From: Octopus sinensis
Lineage: Eukaryota
Direction of reading: 5' to 3'
NCBI RefSeq assembly: GCF_006345805.1
Contig: NC_043002.1
Location: forward strand, 16,182,001 to 16,246,000
DNA: 64,000 bases
Part shown: piece after piece, positions 37,885 through 52,165 of the stretch
Position numbering within the stretch: position 1 is the first letter of the stretch
Layout of the letters: every line of letters begins with the position of its first letter
Position numbers and translations under genes: made by a program
Notes under the pieces: model-generated
What the model saw: only the letters and a program-made list of their open reading frames with translations
Databases searched by the model: none
Told to the model about the DNA's origin: nothing

Positions 37885-38105
37885 CGGTTGCAGCCAGAGG
37901 CCACTCCATGCTGGTGCATTCTTTAAGAAATTTTTTCAAACTTCTCGATTCTGTGAGCTGTATCAATTTTCATGTCTGCGGAATCTATCAGTTGTTGTGC
38001 GTTGAAGAGACCTGCGCTCCATTGTGTGTGTGTGTGTGTGTGTGAGTGTGTGTTATTTATTTTTTGACCTGATGTGATTTCATCTGGTATATTAGACAAA
38101 ATTTA

Positions 38106-38513
38106 GGCGTAGGAGTCACTATGTGGTAAGCAGCTTGCATACGTATCACATGGTTTCGGGTTCAGTCCCACTGAGTGGCACCTTCGGCAAGTGTCTTCTA
38201 CTATAGCCTCGGACCGGCCAAAGCCTTTTAAGTGGATTTGATAGACGGAAACTGAAAGAAGCCCGTAGTATATATGCACACATATATATATATATATTAA
38301 TGTGTATATGTTTGTGTGTCTGTGTTTGTCCCCCCAACATTGCTTGACAACCGATGCTCGGGTATTTACCTCACCATAACTTAGCGGTTCGGCAAAAGAA
38401 ACCGATAGACTAAGTACTCAGTGTACAAAGAATAAGTCCTAGGGTTGATTTGCTCGACTAAAGGCGGTGCTCCACCATGGCCACAGTGAAATGACTGTAA
38501 TGAATAAAAGAGT
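38106..38513 (+). mobile_element. SINE family A, full length
   Basis: GGCGTAGGAG head, GGTTCAGTCCC, CACCTTCGGCAAGTGTCTT, tail GGCGGTGCTCC...AAAAGAGT. Confidence 0.92.
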
Positions 38514-39064
38514 TAAAAATTATAGCGTAAGAATCTATCGGCATCTAAATGTAAATTTTTGAAGATTTTTCGATATAGATTGAAAAGATTTGGGCCGTAG
38601 AGTATTGGATTCTTGCAGACAAAGGCGATGGCAGGTCCTTTACTACCACACATTGCCGTCCACTCCGGTAATTGGCATAGCAATAAATGCCAAATTCGGG
38701 TGCTAGACCTCGTAGAATCCTCCATATAATTTTATTCGCATACATTTCGTGAATCAGCCTTTTAGCATCGCCCTTTAGCACATCTCTTGTACTGAGGCAA
38801 TCTTCTTGTGTAGGTGTGTCGGCTTCTTGCGACCTTCAACAGAAGTATCATTGAAGGTGTGTGAGCAAGAAATGTCACCATAGAGGCGCCATGGTTTCAT
38901 TTTATCCTTCCGGAATAATCTCAGAAGTTACTCAATCAGCCGGTTGCGCGTTATTTGCATTTAATTAACACTAACACAAAAAGATGCATTGCCTTTTATT
39001 TGGATTCCTACGACACATCCTGCGAGTATAATGCATGTGTGTGTGGAGGTAGGTAGTTAGGTAG

Positions 39065-39117
<53 letters not shown>

Positions 39118-39559
39118 CAGACAGATATACGCAAATACATACATACATATATATATGTATATATATATAAATATGTGTAGATTGTTTGAAGTCGTTTACG
39201 GATGATATATATTAAGTAAAATGATGTACTGAGGATTTGGATAAACGCTATTTATTTATCGCTTTTATTCTGTTTACCTGATACATCAAGCGTAATAAAC
39301 AAAGAAAAAAAGAAAAAGAAAGAAAGAAAGAAGGAAGGAAGGAAAGAAAGGGGTGATTTTTTACTAGTATGGTTTTATATTGATATCAAGATGAAAATGT
39401 CAATTATTTTTTAATCAATTGCCATAATTTTCTCCTAGCCCTTGTACGTCTGACGGTATAATTGGATATTTGTAACGAAACACATATACTCGTAGATATA
39501 ATTTCCAACCACTCTCTCAGGGCCTAAGAATGGAAGCAAAACCTTTGTAAGAAGGTAAT

Positions 39560-40790
39560 GATGCTTCACTAACGACAACTCAGTCAACCTAAATGAAACC
39601 GGGAGGAATGTTTTGATGATGGTTATAGACCAGGATTTTATTAAGGACAAATAACTGGTACATTTAAAACACCAAAGTGCTATAAGATAGAAACCAGAAA
39701 TCCGGGGAAAAACAAATTAGAACGTTACTTAATCAATCCACAGTCTGCTTTGCAGATAAAGAATGAGACTACTTATGAGAAATTTCTACGGATTACCCAA
39801 AAACCATGAAAGCTCGGAAATACAAAGAATTATAAGTAAACTGTAGATCTAGTGTATATAAATATTAAGACCCACTAATCGCAAATTGAGAGCAAGAGCT
39901 GCTGGTCTATAATCTCCAATGACATGACTAAGTCATCCGTTCGATATATCATTTGAACCCTTATGTCCATTAATTCTCAGTTATATGCGATACGGTATTA
40001 TTATCCAGGTATATATAAGATGGTATGATTATATAAAATACATCGCATTACCAAACTCAGAAGCACCTATCCTTAGACGTTTCCTTGTTAGTAAACTTTA
40101 TTCTAATATACGTACACGTTAGGCCAGGAGGTAATAAAAAGCTGGGTAGAAAACAATACACAAAATATAATTGAACGTTTAAAGTCAGTTTTCATTAGCA
40201 AGGCTACATGTTTGGTACTGGAAGAGAATACTTATAATGTTCTTGGTAAAATATATATGAAGGGCACAGCTACAGCGATAAAATTTGCAAATTCCTATGC
40301 CAACTTGTTGATGTTTTTTTTGTTTTAATTAAAAAGGCATCGAAACGTAAGCAAAGACATTACCCAATATTTCAAGAAATATTTCGTTGAAAAGAGGAAA
40401 CGCTTTGTCGATTACAGCTTTATTTTGGGGGAGAAATCAAATCAAGATCTAAAATCATTGAAAAACTCTAAATAGTCTTCACCACTCTATATTAGTTTTA
40501 CGACAGAAACAAGTCGCAATGATTTACTGACGTTCCAAAGTATTACTGTAACATTATGCGACTCCACAGTAATATCAGATATGTATTACAAAACAAGTAA
40601 CACACCAATACTGGAAATTCTACTCTTCGCATCCTTCGAACATCAAAGAGTACATTTAATATATTATGGCACGATGTATGTGTACAAAAGCCTACTTTCA
40701 AATCGTGACGAATGCAACTTTAAACCAATATAATTTAAATGCAAGGGGTACATGACATCATGAGATAATTTTCTTTTTAACCTGTGTACG
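39560..40790 (+). mobile_element. Decayed Penelope-like RT
   Basis: FYGLPKNHES (FYGLPKIHK), KGTATAIKFANSYANLLM (GTAMGTKFAPSYANLFM), KRFVDYSF (RFIDDxF), DMYYK...SHPS. Confidence 0.8.
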
Positions 40791-41526
40791 AAAATTGCAC
40801 CAACAGTATTTCTATACAGTCTAAATACGAGCTAGCTTATTCTGTAGTTATTTACTTTACCTTTTTTTCCCATGCTGTGGAGCAGTATAGCTGGAAAACT
40901 GTTTTCTCTTTATTGACGAATACATATAAATATACCGTAATTGTTCGTTCATACGTTTTCCATATAGCTAATCATTATAGTTCATTGGAACCTCTCTATT
41001 TTTCTTTGGTTTGATATTGATATTCGACGTAATTGTGTCAAAGATACGATTTTATTCCTTTTCTTCATCATAGCATTTTTTAAACGCATATAACAAACTT
41101 TTTTTCTGGAATCTAACAACAAACATCTATTCTTACCGAAAAATATGCTTGATATTTGGCAACCATGCCATATTAGATTTTCTTCATAGTGCTTCATAGA
41201 TCCATGATTTTGGCTGATATTGATTGTCGATGACCAAGTAATATCTTTGGCGAGCATCAACAATCCCATCGGACTGTTGTGTGGCTAAATCTTTCCTTTA
41301 TAACTAAATGAAAGAAAACAAAAACGGAAAAGATATATGGCGGTTTGCCAAAAATACTAAAAAAACAAAACTATGTAATGAAAAAGACTATCGTTACCCT
41401 TATTTAGCTAGTCGAGAAGTTCCGCAGTCGATACGAAATCTTTATCTATAAGATTTAATAGGGAAGTTTAGTGACACCTAGCAGAACCGCTGAAATGTTA
41501 TTTGTGTAGATTTATATCTATTATAT

Positions 41527-41852
41527 GTGAGGGTGCGTGGCTTAGTGGTTAGGGCATTCGGCTCATGATCGTAAGGTTGTGAGTTCGATTCCCGGCGACG
41601 CGTTGTGTCCTTGAGCAAGACACTTTATTTCACGTTGCTCCAGTCCACTCAGCTGGCAAAAATGAGTTGTACTTGTATTTCAAAGGGTCAGCCTTGTCAC
41701 TCTCTGTGCCACGCTGATTATCCCCGAGAACTACGTTAAGGGTACACGTGTCTGTGGAATGCTCAGCCATTTGCACGTTAATTTCACGAGCAAGCTGTTC
41801 CGTTGATCGTATCAGCTGGGACCCTCGTCGTCGTAACCGGCGGAGTCTTTTT
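41527..41852 (+). mobile_element. tRNA-derived CORE-like SINE
   Basis: A-box TGGCTTAGTGG, B-box GTTCGATTCC, GTGTCCTTGAGCAAGACACTTT, own 3' tail. Confidence 0.9.
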
Positions 41853-44774
41853 AATATCTATTATATCTAATATATCTATTATATCTATTATATAGACAAT
41901 TGTCGTTACGTAAATCATAAATCTCGCCACATATACATGAGCATAACTTTTAAAATGACAATATATATTACGAATGCCTTAAAGTGACATACATCATGTA
42001 AATATGTACAAAGATTGCCGATTCTAATCGGGCGTCATACTTGTTATTTTAAACAGATTCTAGTGAAGATATTTTTCGTTGTTCCAGTTCTAGATTATAT
42101 TGATGTCTGTATTTTATTTAGTATATTTTCAAAATCGATATACTTGTGTGTTTTGAGTGCCACCTATATAAAATTAACATCTAACATCATACATTGTCTC
42201 TCTTAGAATCATTGATCATTTTTATCTCGCTATGGATACTGTCTTATTTTAATTGATTTCTATACTTGAACTAATGCTTCTTAAAGCATACCTCATTCAA
42301 CAAATACAGGCCCACGAAATTTCATAGTTTTGTTGCAGGTAAGGAATTTGATATTGTAAACAGTTCCACATTGAAATGCTTATAACACAAAAGATTTGTT
42401 GCAATAGCAGCCTTCATATGTAAAAACAGGAAAAAAAACCTCACTAGAAAATGAGATACAGCAATTTTATATATGTCACAATTTAAAGCGGTTCCCTTAA
42501 AAGTACTAATATTTGCATGCCTGCAAACCTCCATTCAACAGCCGCTGACAAAACCGACAAACTGTACAAATGCATACAATAATCTAAAAGCAAATGTTAT
42601 CTATTCTGTTAAAGGTAATTTTGTATTTTCGAGGTGCATCGTAGACTAACCTCCAACCTGCTTACATATAAATTTATTTAACCCAATTCACATTACTTCA
42701 AGCTTTGGAATTAATCACCAGATAGTGGGTTATCTTCAACTCAGAATGAACCATGATTTTCTACATTAATTACATCTTACAACTTAAATTAATTTAATCC
42801 CTCCTGTACTCTAATACTCGGGATTGTAACCAAAGCTCAGAACTATTACTGCACACTACCACACACTAAACACCAAAAGGCATTTCATAAATAGTTTCCG
42901 TGAGAACCCACACTATTACGCTAGCAACCATAAAAATTTCACCTTTGAGTACTTTGGATAAAAAGCAGCTTCCATTGATTTCATTCTAGGTAAGCCTTGG
43001 ACGGTGGACAAAACTACCCACCTACAAGATCACAGGGATCGTGTCATAATTTGAATCATTACCTTTTTGATAAATTCAAAACATCCTTTACTGATAGTAT
43101 CTGGATAGGATCTCCCCATGCCTAACATTCCTTCGGTTCTAGCATTCCTCGGGTAAGGTATGCTCCTAAAACTCTGCCCTTCTTCTTTAGCAACGTACTT
43201 TTCACTTTCAAGGAGGTTCAGTATTTTGCAGTTGGTACCATCATTTATTCCTTTCTTCCCATTCGCATCTAAGCATCATCACATTCAAACAGCCATTCTC
43301 CAATAGGGGGATAAGAGAATACCTTGATAATATTATCCATTAGAAATATAACAATAGCGTCATATTCAAAAGAAAGCTAGGAGATCACTGCATACTTCAA
43401 AAATTCCTTATTACTCAGTAACCCTTCATGAAGAACATGTAAATACATTCAATAGGATCTTTTTAAATTCATGGCTTCACCGCCAGTGAGAATGTCTCCA
43501 GGCTATTGCCTTTTGTTATAATAAAATCCGTACCAGAAGATATTAACAAATCTGAACAAATAGTAAACATCTAGAAAGCAGTACTTTTCAAACACTTATA
43601 AATTTCCTGTTGTTGTACATATACATACTTTTCGTCATCAGAGAAATATTCACACGGCTCAAAGTTATGATATCACCTCCTAAGACATCAGTTGTTATAA
43701 AACAATCATATCATATTTTTGTCGATCTAATATTTGCAAAAGAAGTTAAACGCTAAATCTTCCTTATCCGTAGAACATTAAACTAGGCTCATATATTTCT
43801 ATTTCCTATCAATAAAACAGTGAAACAGTGGCCTTCATCTCCTTATTGATATTTGTCCTCACCTACATCTACTAAAACACTCTCTATTTTGATGTGAATC
43901 CTTTTTATAACCTATTTTGTGAACAATTCATGCAACGCAATAATAATTTCAAGGAAAGGCTCCAAGTCTTTCCCCGAATTTGCACCCTCTGCACAGGTCT
44001 CTTTTTCATCTTTTTTCTGTCTTTTATTGCAGCCACAGACTCATTACAGCACAACCCGTACATTAACAGAATCAATTGCAACAACGAGCAGCGAGAAAAT
44101 CCATGACTAAAATATGTCACTCTGTCCATCTCTCTCGATCACTTTCCCTCTCTCTCTCTCTCTCTTGCTCTATTGTTCAGTGTCTTTGCCTGTCTCTCCT
44201 TCCGTTCTCACTCTCCAATCCAATGTCTTTAAAAAGGAAGTAATTGGTTTTGCATTCGTAATATTTATAACTTATTGAAAAATGCACAAAGGGCTCATGT
44301 CTGTCGGTATCTGAGATTCATTCAACAAAGTATGAAAACTTTGCTGTCTACATATATCGATCATTCCTTCAAATGCACAAAACATTAAAATTTTCAATAT
44401 TATATACTTTAGTTTTAGCGAAAAATTATTTTACACCAAGAATGTTTTCGTCGTTGCTCATTAAATAAATTAATTGACATAAGTGGATGGAGGATTTCTT
44501 TCATCTCTTCAAATACTTGTATTGGGTTATGGTTTCGTAAATTTAACGAACTCTACGTTGTTGTTGTGTTTGATTTTGACTAACCTTACGCCCATTCTCA
44601 TTAATCACACCTATGAATAAAAACGTTCGTAAGGAGTGATAGGCAATTGAATCCCATAAGTAATATTCTGATCCAGGATACCTCATCTTTCATCTCTTTA
44701 TTAAGACATTACGATTTAACATACAATGGTTCCTCAGGCCCACTATAGAAGTCCACTGCCATCTCAACTGAAAC

Positions 44775-45230
44775 TAAACTCCGCTTATTTCGTTCAAACG
44801 TAAAATATGTGATGTTCTATGGCTCTAAAACATGCAGCAACTACAAGAAGATCCAGACCTTCAACAAACATCTCCGGCAGATCCTCCATCCGAAGTGGTC
44901 CGACAGAGTGCCAAACACCGACCTGTGGAAAGGGACAACCAGGAGCCCATACATGTTCAGATTCGACGAATGAAATGGAGCTGGATCGGACACACACTGC
45001 GAAAAGAACCCTCAAATGTGACACGACAAGCACTTGAGTGGAACCCGCAGGGGAAAAGAAGCGAGGACGCCCGTAGCAGACACGGAAGCGGATCATTTTT
45101 GACGAGCTCAAAACATCCGGCCTGACATGGGAAGCAACCAAGAAACACGCCAATGACCGCAGAAAGTGGAAAAACAACTGTTCAGGACCTATGTTTCACT
45201 TTACAAGGAGCAAAAAAGATTAAAAAGAAG
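44775..45230 (+). mobile_element. RTE-clade LINE 3' fragment
   Basis: [40 protein letters not shown], with GRP after a frameshift. Confidence 0.88.
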
Positions 45231-48150
45231 AGGTTCATCAGGTACCCTGAGCGGGTTTCAATGCCAAGTTGTCCATAATATGGAATTTGTTACCACTCGC
45301 CGTGGTGGTAACCAACAAACTTATATATGTAAATGTTCTGCATAAGAAAAATCTGAATAATTAATGGAATCGAGTACATCGGCTCCCAGAACCGGAAAAC
45401 CAATATTTATATTGCACGGATTCTGTAATCCCTGGCACTAATCACATGGGTGATACTAACCTGTTCAAAACGCTAAATTAATTTTGATGTAATAATTTAT
45501 GCGGGAAACCGTAGTTTAGCACTCTAGTAAAAAAAATAATAATAAAATCATCTGATAATTGCGTTTCCATAGTTTCATTTCTACATACATTCGATCCTGT
45601 AGGTAGTGCCATTGATTCCCATCACATCAATGTTTCGTAAAAAAGGAATGATATGTAGCATAGTAATGGTTATTAATAAGATAATACAAATAATTGAACT
45701 TCTCGCCTTAACATGTTAGTGTGTACACTTAAGCAATCAATACTGCTGACGTGACAAACACAGAAACAGCTAATATTTTGATGTTTCATACGCTGGAAGA
45801 TATTAGAACGTCTGGCAATTTGAGAGGTTGCACTAGAAGGAACCATCCATTGAATATGAATGTAATCGATAGACTGTTACATTGAACGGAGACACTTGAT
45901 TAATGAGTTTTAAATTACTAACGTAAACATTTGAACATGGAGCAGCGAAGAAAACCTATTATATAACTTTATTTAACATGGTCTTGATAATACTCCGAAT
46001 TCATATTGATTTTGAAGCAAATTTTAATTTCATTAACACCAGTCACTCACCCACATTCGTATATTTGGGAACCACACAGACCATATTTTGCTTCTTTTTA
46101 TTCTTGTGTTTTATTTTTAACTGAGAAAAATCTTCGTTATTGAAATATCTGTTTTGAGGAATATAAACATTACACTGGTCGAGATAAGAACTATATCTAT
46201 AATCACGCAGTGAGCCACGTTGTGAAAGGTCAGATTGCTAACCAAAATGTCAACGGTTCTCATTTGTTCAATAGATAGTTCACACAATTTCCGAGCGGTC
46301 AAGTTATGTTTCATATCCGTGCACATATAATATATATCCTCTAGGCACCAATAAAATGCCGGACGAGTGATAATGGTATATCAAAATCAACAAGAGAGAT
46401 CAAAGTGTGTTTTATCGACTTTCTTATGAGTTGTAAAATGATCAATAATGACATAATTATTCTTCTCGTGACTAAAAGGTAGTTCTGTTGTTCAGTTTGT
46501 GTACTGAACTTATCTGTAATTACATTGCGAAGATGTAGAAACGAAATATCAAAATCGTGCTTTATTCGTGCCTCTCCGCAGAAAGAAAATTGGTAGCCAA
46601 ATATAATTATTTAAGCCATACCATACTTAACTTATTTCGAAATAGCAGCCATATTAAATACAATTTCTCAGAAATGTTTTATTAAGTTCCAGTTGCTTTA
46701 GTCACATTGTGTTTAGATCTATATCCCGGAGAACTTCGGTCATTTGACCTTCATAAAATACATTACGCAAGTACAGACCGAGATGAAGTAATATTGAATT
46801 TTTAGCACTTAATTTGTCGTACAACTTGTCAAGGTTGAAAGCTTCCATACTTTCACTTGCTTACATTTAATATTTTATTACATAATAGTAGGGTAAATTT
46901 GATTCAATAAACAATTTCTGTAAGAAACTGCAAGAAAAATGTTTGCGTTTTACTTTACCATTATCTTTTCTAACACATGTTATGTGACAAATAAAATTTC
47001 AAATCCTGGAAATTTATTAAAGTGCAATAATGTATTGCTCGGTTCTACGTTGTTTTCAACAACTTGCAATGTTTTGTGTTATGAATTTCCTTTTATACAT
47101 TTCTGAGTTCAAATCAGATGTTAGATGCATTTTAGTCAGATGTTATGTGTAGTGTAGATAATTTTATTTATTTACAACTAAACAACTGGAATTACGTTTA
47201 TTTAATGCATTTTTACAGAGCACTAACGAGGTAGGGAGATATTTCCTAGGCTGAAAGGAACAAGCAATATGTCTTGTCTGATGCTTGGAACATCTAATCG
47301 AAACAGTAAGAATGATAGTCCAAATGTTAACGCGCGAGAGAGACCTATATTTGATAAAATTTATTTATAATAATCTTCAAAGCACCCTCGATCGCTATTT
47401 CAACGTAGCTATTTCTTTCATTCTAGATATAAAAGCTAATATTCAGATCGTCAAATAAATATTAAATGATAATTTCCTCTGTTCTTTTAAGTCGGTTTCA
47501 ACTGAGAATGCATTCTTCTTTAATACTCGAAAGTGAGAGAAAACTCAGCATGTTAACAATAAGATGCAATCTTTAACACTGAAAAAAAATTTTCAGAAGA
47601 ATTCCTATAAAGGCAAATTCTTGCACCTACGTAAATTTTATAGGTTTATTGTAATAAGTGTATTTTCTCCCTGGGGAAATATAGTATGGAAGACGTTTAA
47701 TAAGCTGATTCTTCTCTCTAATATTAGTTTTCCATTTATTCCGACCGTATTGGATTATTGATAGAATGTGAATTATTGAAATCTTATTCGCTTTCCTATG
47801 TGTACGAATGTATGCATATATGTATGCACTTGTCCTTAGATTATAGCGCACATGAAGAACATATGTATACATTCACACCCACCCGAAAACAAACATAGCC
47901 ACACATATTTGTGATGTACGAATTTACCTATGAATGTATTTGTGTAACGACAGAGAGAAATAGAGGACGGAGTGTTAGTCGAAAGGGAAAGAAACGGTGA
48001 TTTTCGTTTGCGTATGGACACACACACACATATACACATCTATACATACTCATACATATTTATATACATATACATATATATATATATATATATATATGTA
48101 GTTATATATGTATATCTATATATGTATATACATATATGAACATATATGTT

Positions 48151-48183
<33 letters not shown>

Positions 48184-48974
48184 GTATGTATATACACACA
48201 TATACAGCTATATGTCCGTGTACTCGGTGGTTTGCATTTGTGTATATGCATCTATATTTGAAAGCCTTTGGTAAGTTTCATATCAATGAATGCGAGTGTG
48301 AATATTTGTCTATGAAAAAATGGGTGGCTTCATCTGCTTTTGTAAAGATGTCTAGATATGTGAGACACGCGGGAAGATAAGTGAAATTATGTTTTTGTTT
48401 CCAAATATTTCAATCTAGGTTCTTAACATGTGCTTGTGTGTTCCATTTCTGCGTCTCTGAACGTGTCTATGAATATCTATTATTTTACATGTATAATAGA
48501 AAAAAGAACATCTAAGTACGGAGGAGCAGATATGAAAAGAAATTCAAGCATCAATGAACAATTGCATTACTAAACAGTTCACTCTGGGGATATTTGATTG
48601 TTCTTCTGTGTCTTTACTTTTTTCTGAATTCTTTGTTTTCCGTCTGTTTGCAGTTCTTCGTTTTGCACTCCATATATATAATATAGATCTTGCAATATGA
48701 AAATATTCTATTGCTGGAAGCACTAAAAGACATCAATAATAGTAAACCACGATACTAGCATGGAATCGGTGATGTGTGCATTATGAATATGGCAAAAATG
48801 TTCGGGGGCATCGGAAAAATGCATAACGCGAATTTGTTAGCTGGTTATTTATCACTTTCGCTACATAGGTGACACAGGTATACGCGAATTAATATAAATT
48901 ATGTGGATGCATTCTCTTACACAAAAACACACACACACACATGCACATAGACACCCATGCACACATATATAGAA

Positions 48975-48983
48975 AGAGAGATA

Positions 48984-49021
<38 letters not shown>

Positions 49022-49080
49022 TATATATCTATATCTATGTCTGTATCTATCTATCTATCAATCTATCTATATATATATAT

Positions 49081-49117
<37 letters not shown>

Positions 49118-49161
49118 TATATATATATATCTATGTCTATATATATCTATCTATCTATCTA

Positions 49162-49196
<35 letters not shown>

Positions 49197-49341
49197 ATAT
49201 ATATATATATATATATGCGTATATATATATATCTATGTCTATATATATCTATCTATCTATCTATCTATATATAATATATATATATAATATATATATATAT
49301 GCGTATATATATATATCTATGTCTATATATATCTATCTATC

Positions 49342-49394
<53 letters not shown>

Positions 49395-49420
49395 ATATAT
49401 ATTATATATATATATATACA
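48975..49420. repeat. Higher-order (TA)n/(TATC)n microsatellite with recurrent GCGTATATA...CTATGTCTA unit
   Basis: The unit recurs four times. Confidence 0.9.
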
Positions 49421-49974
49421 TTATGTATATATGTATGTGTGCGTGCGTGTCTGAGTTCGTACACATGCTTCAGGCTCGGTTCTTCGTATTCCAGCTTTTT
49501 TCCTGTTTTTTTATAAGTCCTTCATGCATATTCCATAGCAATAACTTTTCAACAACCATTAATCTTATTGCTTGGGACGTTCACAATCTCACAAATCAAT
49601 ATTCTTTTAACGGGTATTTGCATGTAGTGTGTTTTTTCCCCCTGCTTCAGTTTTTAAAATTATAAAATCATTCCTAAGCACCTTTCTGACTTCTTGCAAG
49701 TCAGCCTAATATGATAAATATATATTTACAAATTGTGATGTCGAATGTTCCGAAATGTAAATTAATGGTTATGAGAACACCGTTGTTCAAAACAAACGTT
49801 TAGAATCAACATTAAATGGTGTGGTGTTAAGAAAATATAAAATTATTTGAATAGGTTATGTAACTGTTTTCCAAGACTGCTGATAAGAAATAACGTGTTG
49901 CAACAGATATTGTTGTGTTACAGAAAGTTCATTTGTTTTGCTATATAATCACATACACTACATGTTCGATCTTC

Positions 49975-50172
49975 ACTATGGATTTATTATTGTTCTAATT
50001 TTATTGCTCTTTGTAGGAATGTCATTCGTCTCACATCCTGTGACATCTTCAGCAGCAACGTTCCACCCCTTGTGATTTCTCCTGTACCGTTGGAGAATCG
50101 TATAAGGAGGTCACAGGATGTGAGGAAATATTTTCACACAAAGGATAATAAACTAAGAACAATGATGAACCT
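49975..50172. repeat. Inverted pair of decayed hammerhead-bearing PLE-like ends
   Basis: GTCACAGGATGTGAG...CAAAG..AATAAA..AAGAACAAT occurs on - (49975-50050) and + (50105-50172). The - copy keeps CUGAAGA-U-GUC...GAC-GAAU (50024-50052). Confidence 0.6.
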
Positions 50173-50291
50173 GAATAAAAGAATGAATATACACGGGGTG
50201 TGCTTATTTGAAAAAAAATTAAGCATTCGCTATGACTGAGCGCTAGCCACTAAACCCCTTTTTTATCTTCTCACTCTGTTTAATTATGAGT

Positions 50292-50330
50292 TCCTTACTG
50301 TTGAAGAGCGTATGCTCGAAATAGAAAACA
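50292..50330 (+). ncRNA. Decayed hammerhead-like remnant
   Basis: CUGUUGA-A-GAGC-guau-GCUC-GAAA. A6 is changed and no stem I/III is recoverable. Confidence 0.3.
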
Positions 50331-50979
50331 CTTTCTCACTTTCCGAGCGTTAAACTAATACATTTGTTGTTGTTTACACACGCGTCTTCGTCTTTTGTAT
50401 TGTTTGTTTTACCTTTTGTAAATTAAAACTATAAATATATGTGTGTGTAAATCAGTACGCATATATAATGCTGTATGAGGAGTGCAGATGTATACGGGTT
50501 CACTGGACGTCTGGTTTTGTCTATTTCGTAGAAATCCTCAATGGGAACTACTTGAACAGCACATGTTCGGCTAATTCCGCCTTTTGTCATATATGTATTT
50601 ACCATAAAAATGTAAGGATGATTTAACAGAACGCCTAATGCGTATACAAAAAATTATATAAACAGCTAGGTGCAATGAGCTATCCTAAAGGGAAAATTCT
50701 ATAGTCACTAAGTTTGGCTAAGGGTGCTAATGCACCTACATTGCTAAAATTAAGAGTTTAATACTTTTGATCCTTAGAAGGAACATAGATGCATACATGC
50801 TAACAAGGGAGGCAACCACCCTATGCCAGGTAGAAAATCCTCAGACTCCACTTAGTTTCGTAGTGAGGGAGAGGGAGAGAGCGAGAGTGAGATAAAATCT
50901 TGTTAGTTACAAGTAAAAAAATTAAATGACTACTATTGAATATATTAGTGAATGTTTATTCTCAGACAGATTTTAAGTA

Positions 50980-51860
50980 TAGGGTCATCACATAAATGAC
51001 GCGTTTTTTATATATTTCTTTTACTTTTCAAAATTAAGATAAACAAAGTTTTTTTTTCTTTTCAATCTGGATCATACACTCCTTCATTGTTTTATAATGG
51101 TCTTCCAGCTATATGGTAGAATACAAAGCTCCCTTTCCAAAAATGCAATTGTCCATGACAAAAAATACTCGTCCACTAGTGTTCTGACCTCGTTTAGAGA
51201 ATTCATATGTTTTACTGTCCAAATGATTTTCAAGACAGCAGAATAAATACTAATCAGGTGGGGCAATGTCCAGCCAACATGGTGAGGGGGATATCGACTC
51301 CCATTCAAACTGCTCCATTCTTTGGAATGTCATCCTCTCTGTATGTGGCCGAGGATTAACCTGATGAATCCACACCTTTAGTCATATTCCGATAGCACGC
51401 AGATGTCAGTGAACGGTTGAATGACCGAATCTATGCTTCTCTGCAAGTTTCTCAACAGTTCGAATAGGATTTTGAGCCACCAGGGTTTGCAGGACGTCCT
51501 CGTTTAACTCCATAGATCTTCCAGGACAAGGCTAGTCTTCTAGGCTGTAGTTTTCGTCTTGAAATTTCTGGAACAACCATTAAACTGGTTTGCGCTTCTT
51601 TTCCGATCCCAATATACAGCATTAATATCCTCTGACTTGTTGCCTTTATTGATCTCATACAGCAAAATAGGCTTTTTTACTTCCATTATAAATAACTGTT
51701 AAAATTGAACTGCACTCTTCAAAATTTGCACTAAGTATTAGGACAAGGTAAAATTAGTACTTACTTTTATGGCAAGTTGATGCAGGTAGTTTATCCGGTT
51801 CCCCTCCGACTTGTAGTTAATGAAATTGAAAAAACAGCCATTATTAATGGGATCACCCAA
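50980..51860 (-). mobile_element. Internally deleted mariner with both TIRs and TA target duplications
   Basis: TA-TTGGGTGATCCCATTAATAAT / TA-TAGGGTCATCACATAAAT ends. N-terminus MEVKK..LLYE, LNEDVLQTLVAQNP..TVEKLAEK. C-terminus ...EVRTLVDEYF...LPYSWKTII. Confidence 0.88.
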
Positions 51861-52034
51861 TATTCCTGGTTTTTGATTTGGCATTTTTCTCAATTGTTTC
51901 GCTTTGCTTGCTTACAATTTACTAGGAGTCTAATCATATTAAAATAGTTTGTTAACATTTTGTTTCAGAGTAAGATTAAAATTCAACAAATTGTATGAAT
52001 ATATTTGAAAATATATACATACAACAACAATTGC

Positions 52035-52165
52035 AGCGTGGAAGGTGTTTATAAGCCATTTAGGAAACACACAAAACCATTAGATTTACTTCAACATTTA
52101 AATTTAATTTGTCAAAATATTTTCGTCGCTTTGAAACCGCGACTGACAAAACTTCGTGCTGCATC
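52035..52165 (-). mobile_element. PLE-like terminus with a core-deleted hammerhead remnant (52109-52149)
   Basis: UUGUCA-[no CUGANGA]-GUCGC-gguuucaaa-GCGAC-GAAA-AUAU-UU|UGACAA. Stems I, II and III plus GAAA are retained. Confidence 0.5.

Noticed and set aside
38513-38940. Short minus-strand ORFs in a GC-richer stretch
   Set aside because: No recognisable motif, and the frames are interrupted.
39613-39636. UUGAUGA-UGGU-uauag-ACCA-GGAU hammerhead look-alike
   Set aside because: It has three core mismatches and no stem I, and it falls in the PLE coding motif (VLMMVIDQDF).
43400-43900. Possible P-element/THAP9-like transposase remnant
   Set aside because: Only a vague FIITK..SLETF similarity, with no second motif found.
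44005-44110. Strong splice acceptor (…CTTTTATTGCAG at 44032) and possible terminal exon
   Set aside because: No recognisable peptide and no linked upstream exon, so it is unsupported without RNA data.
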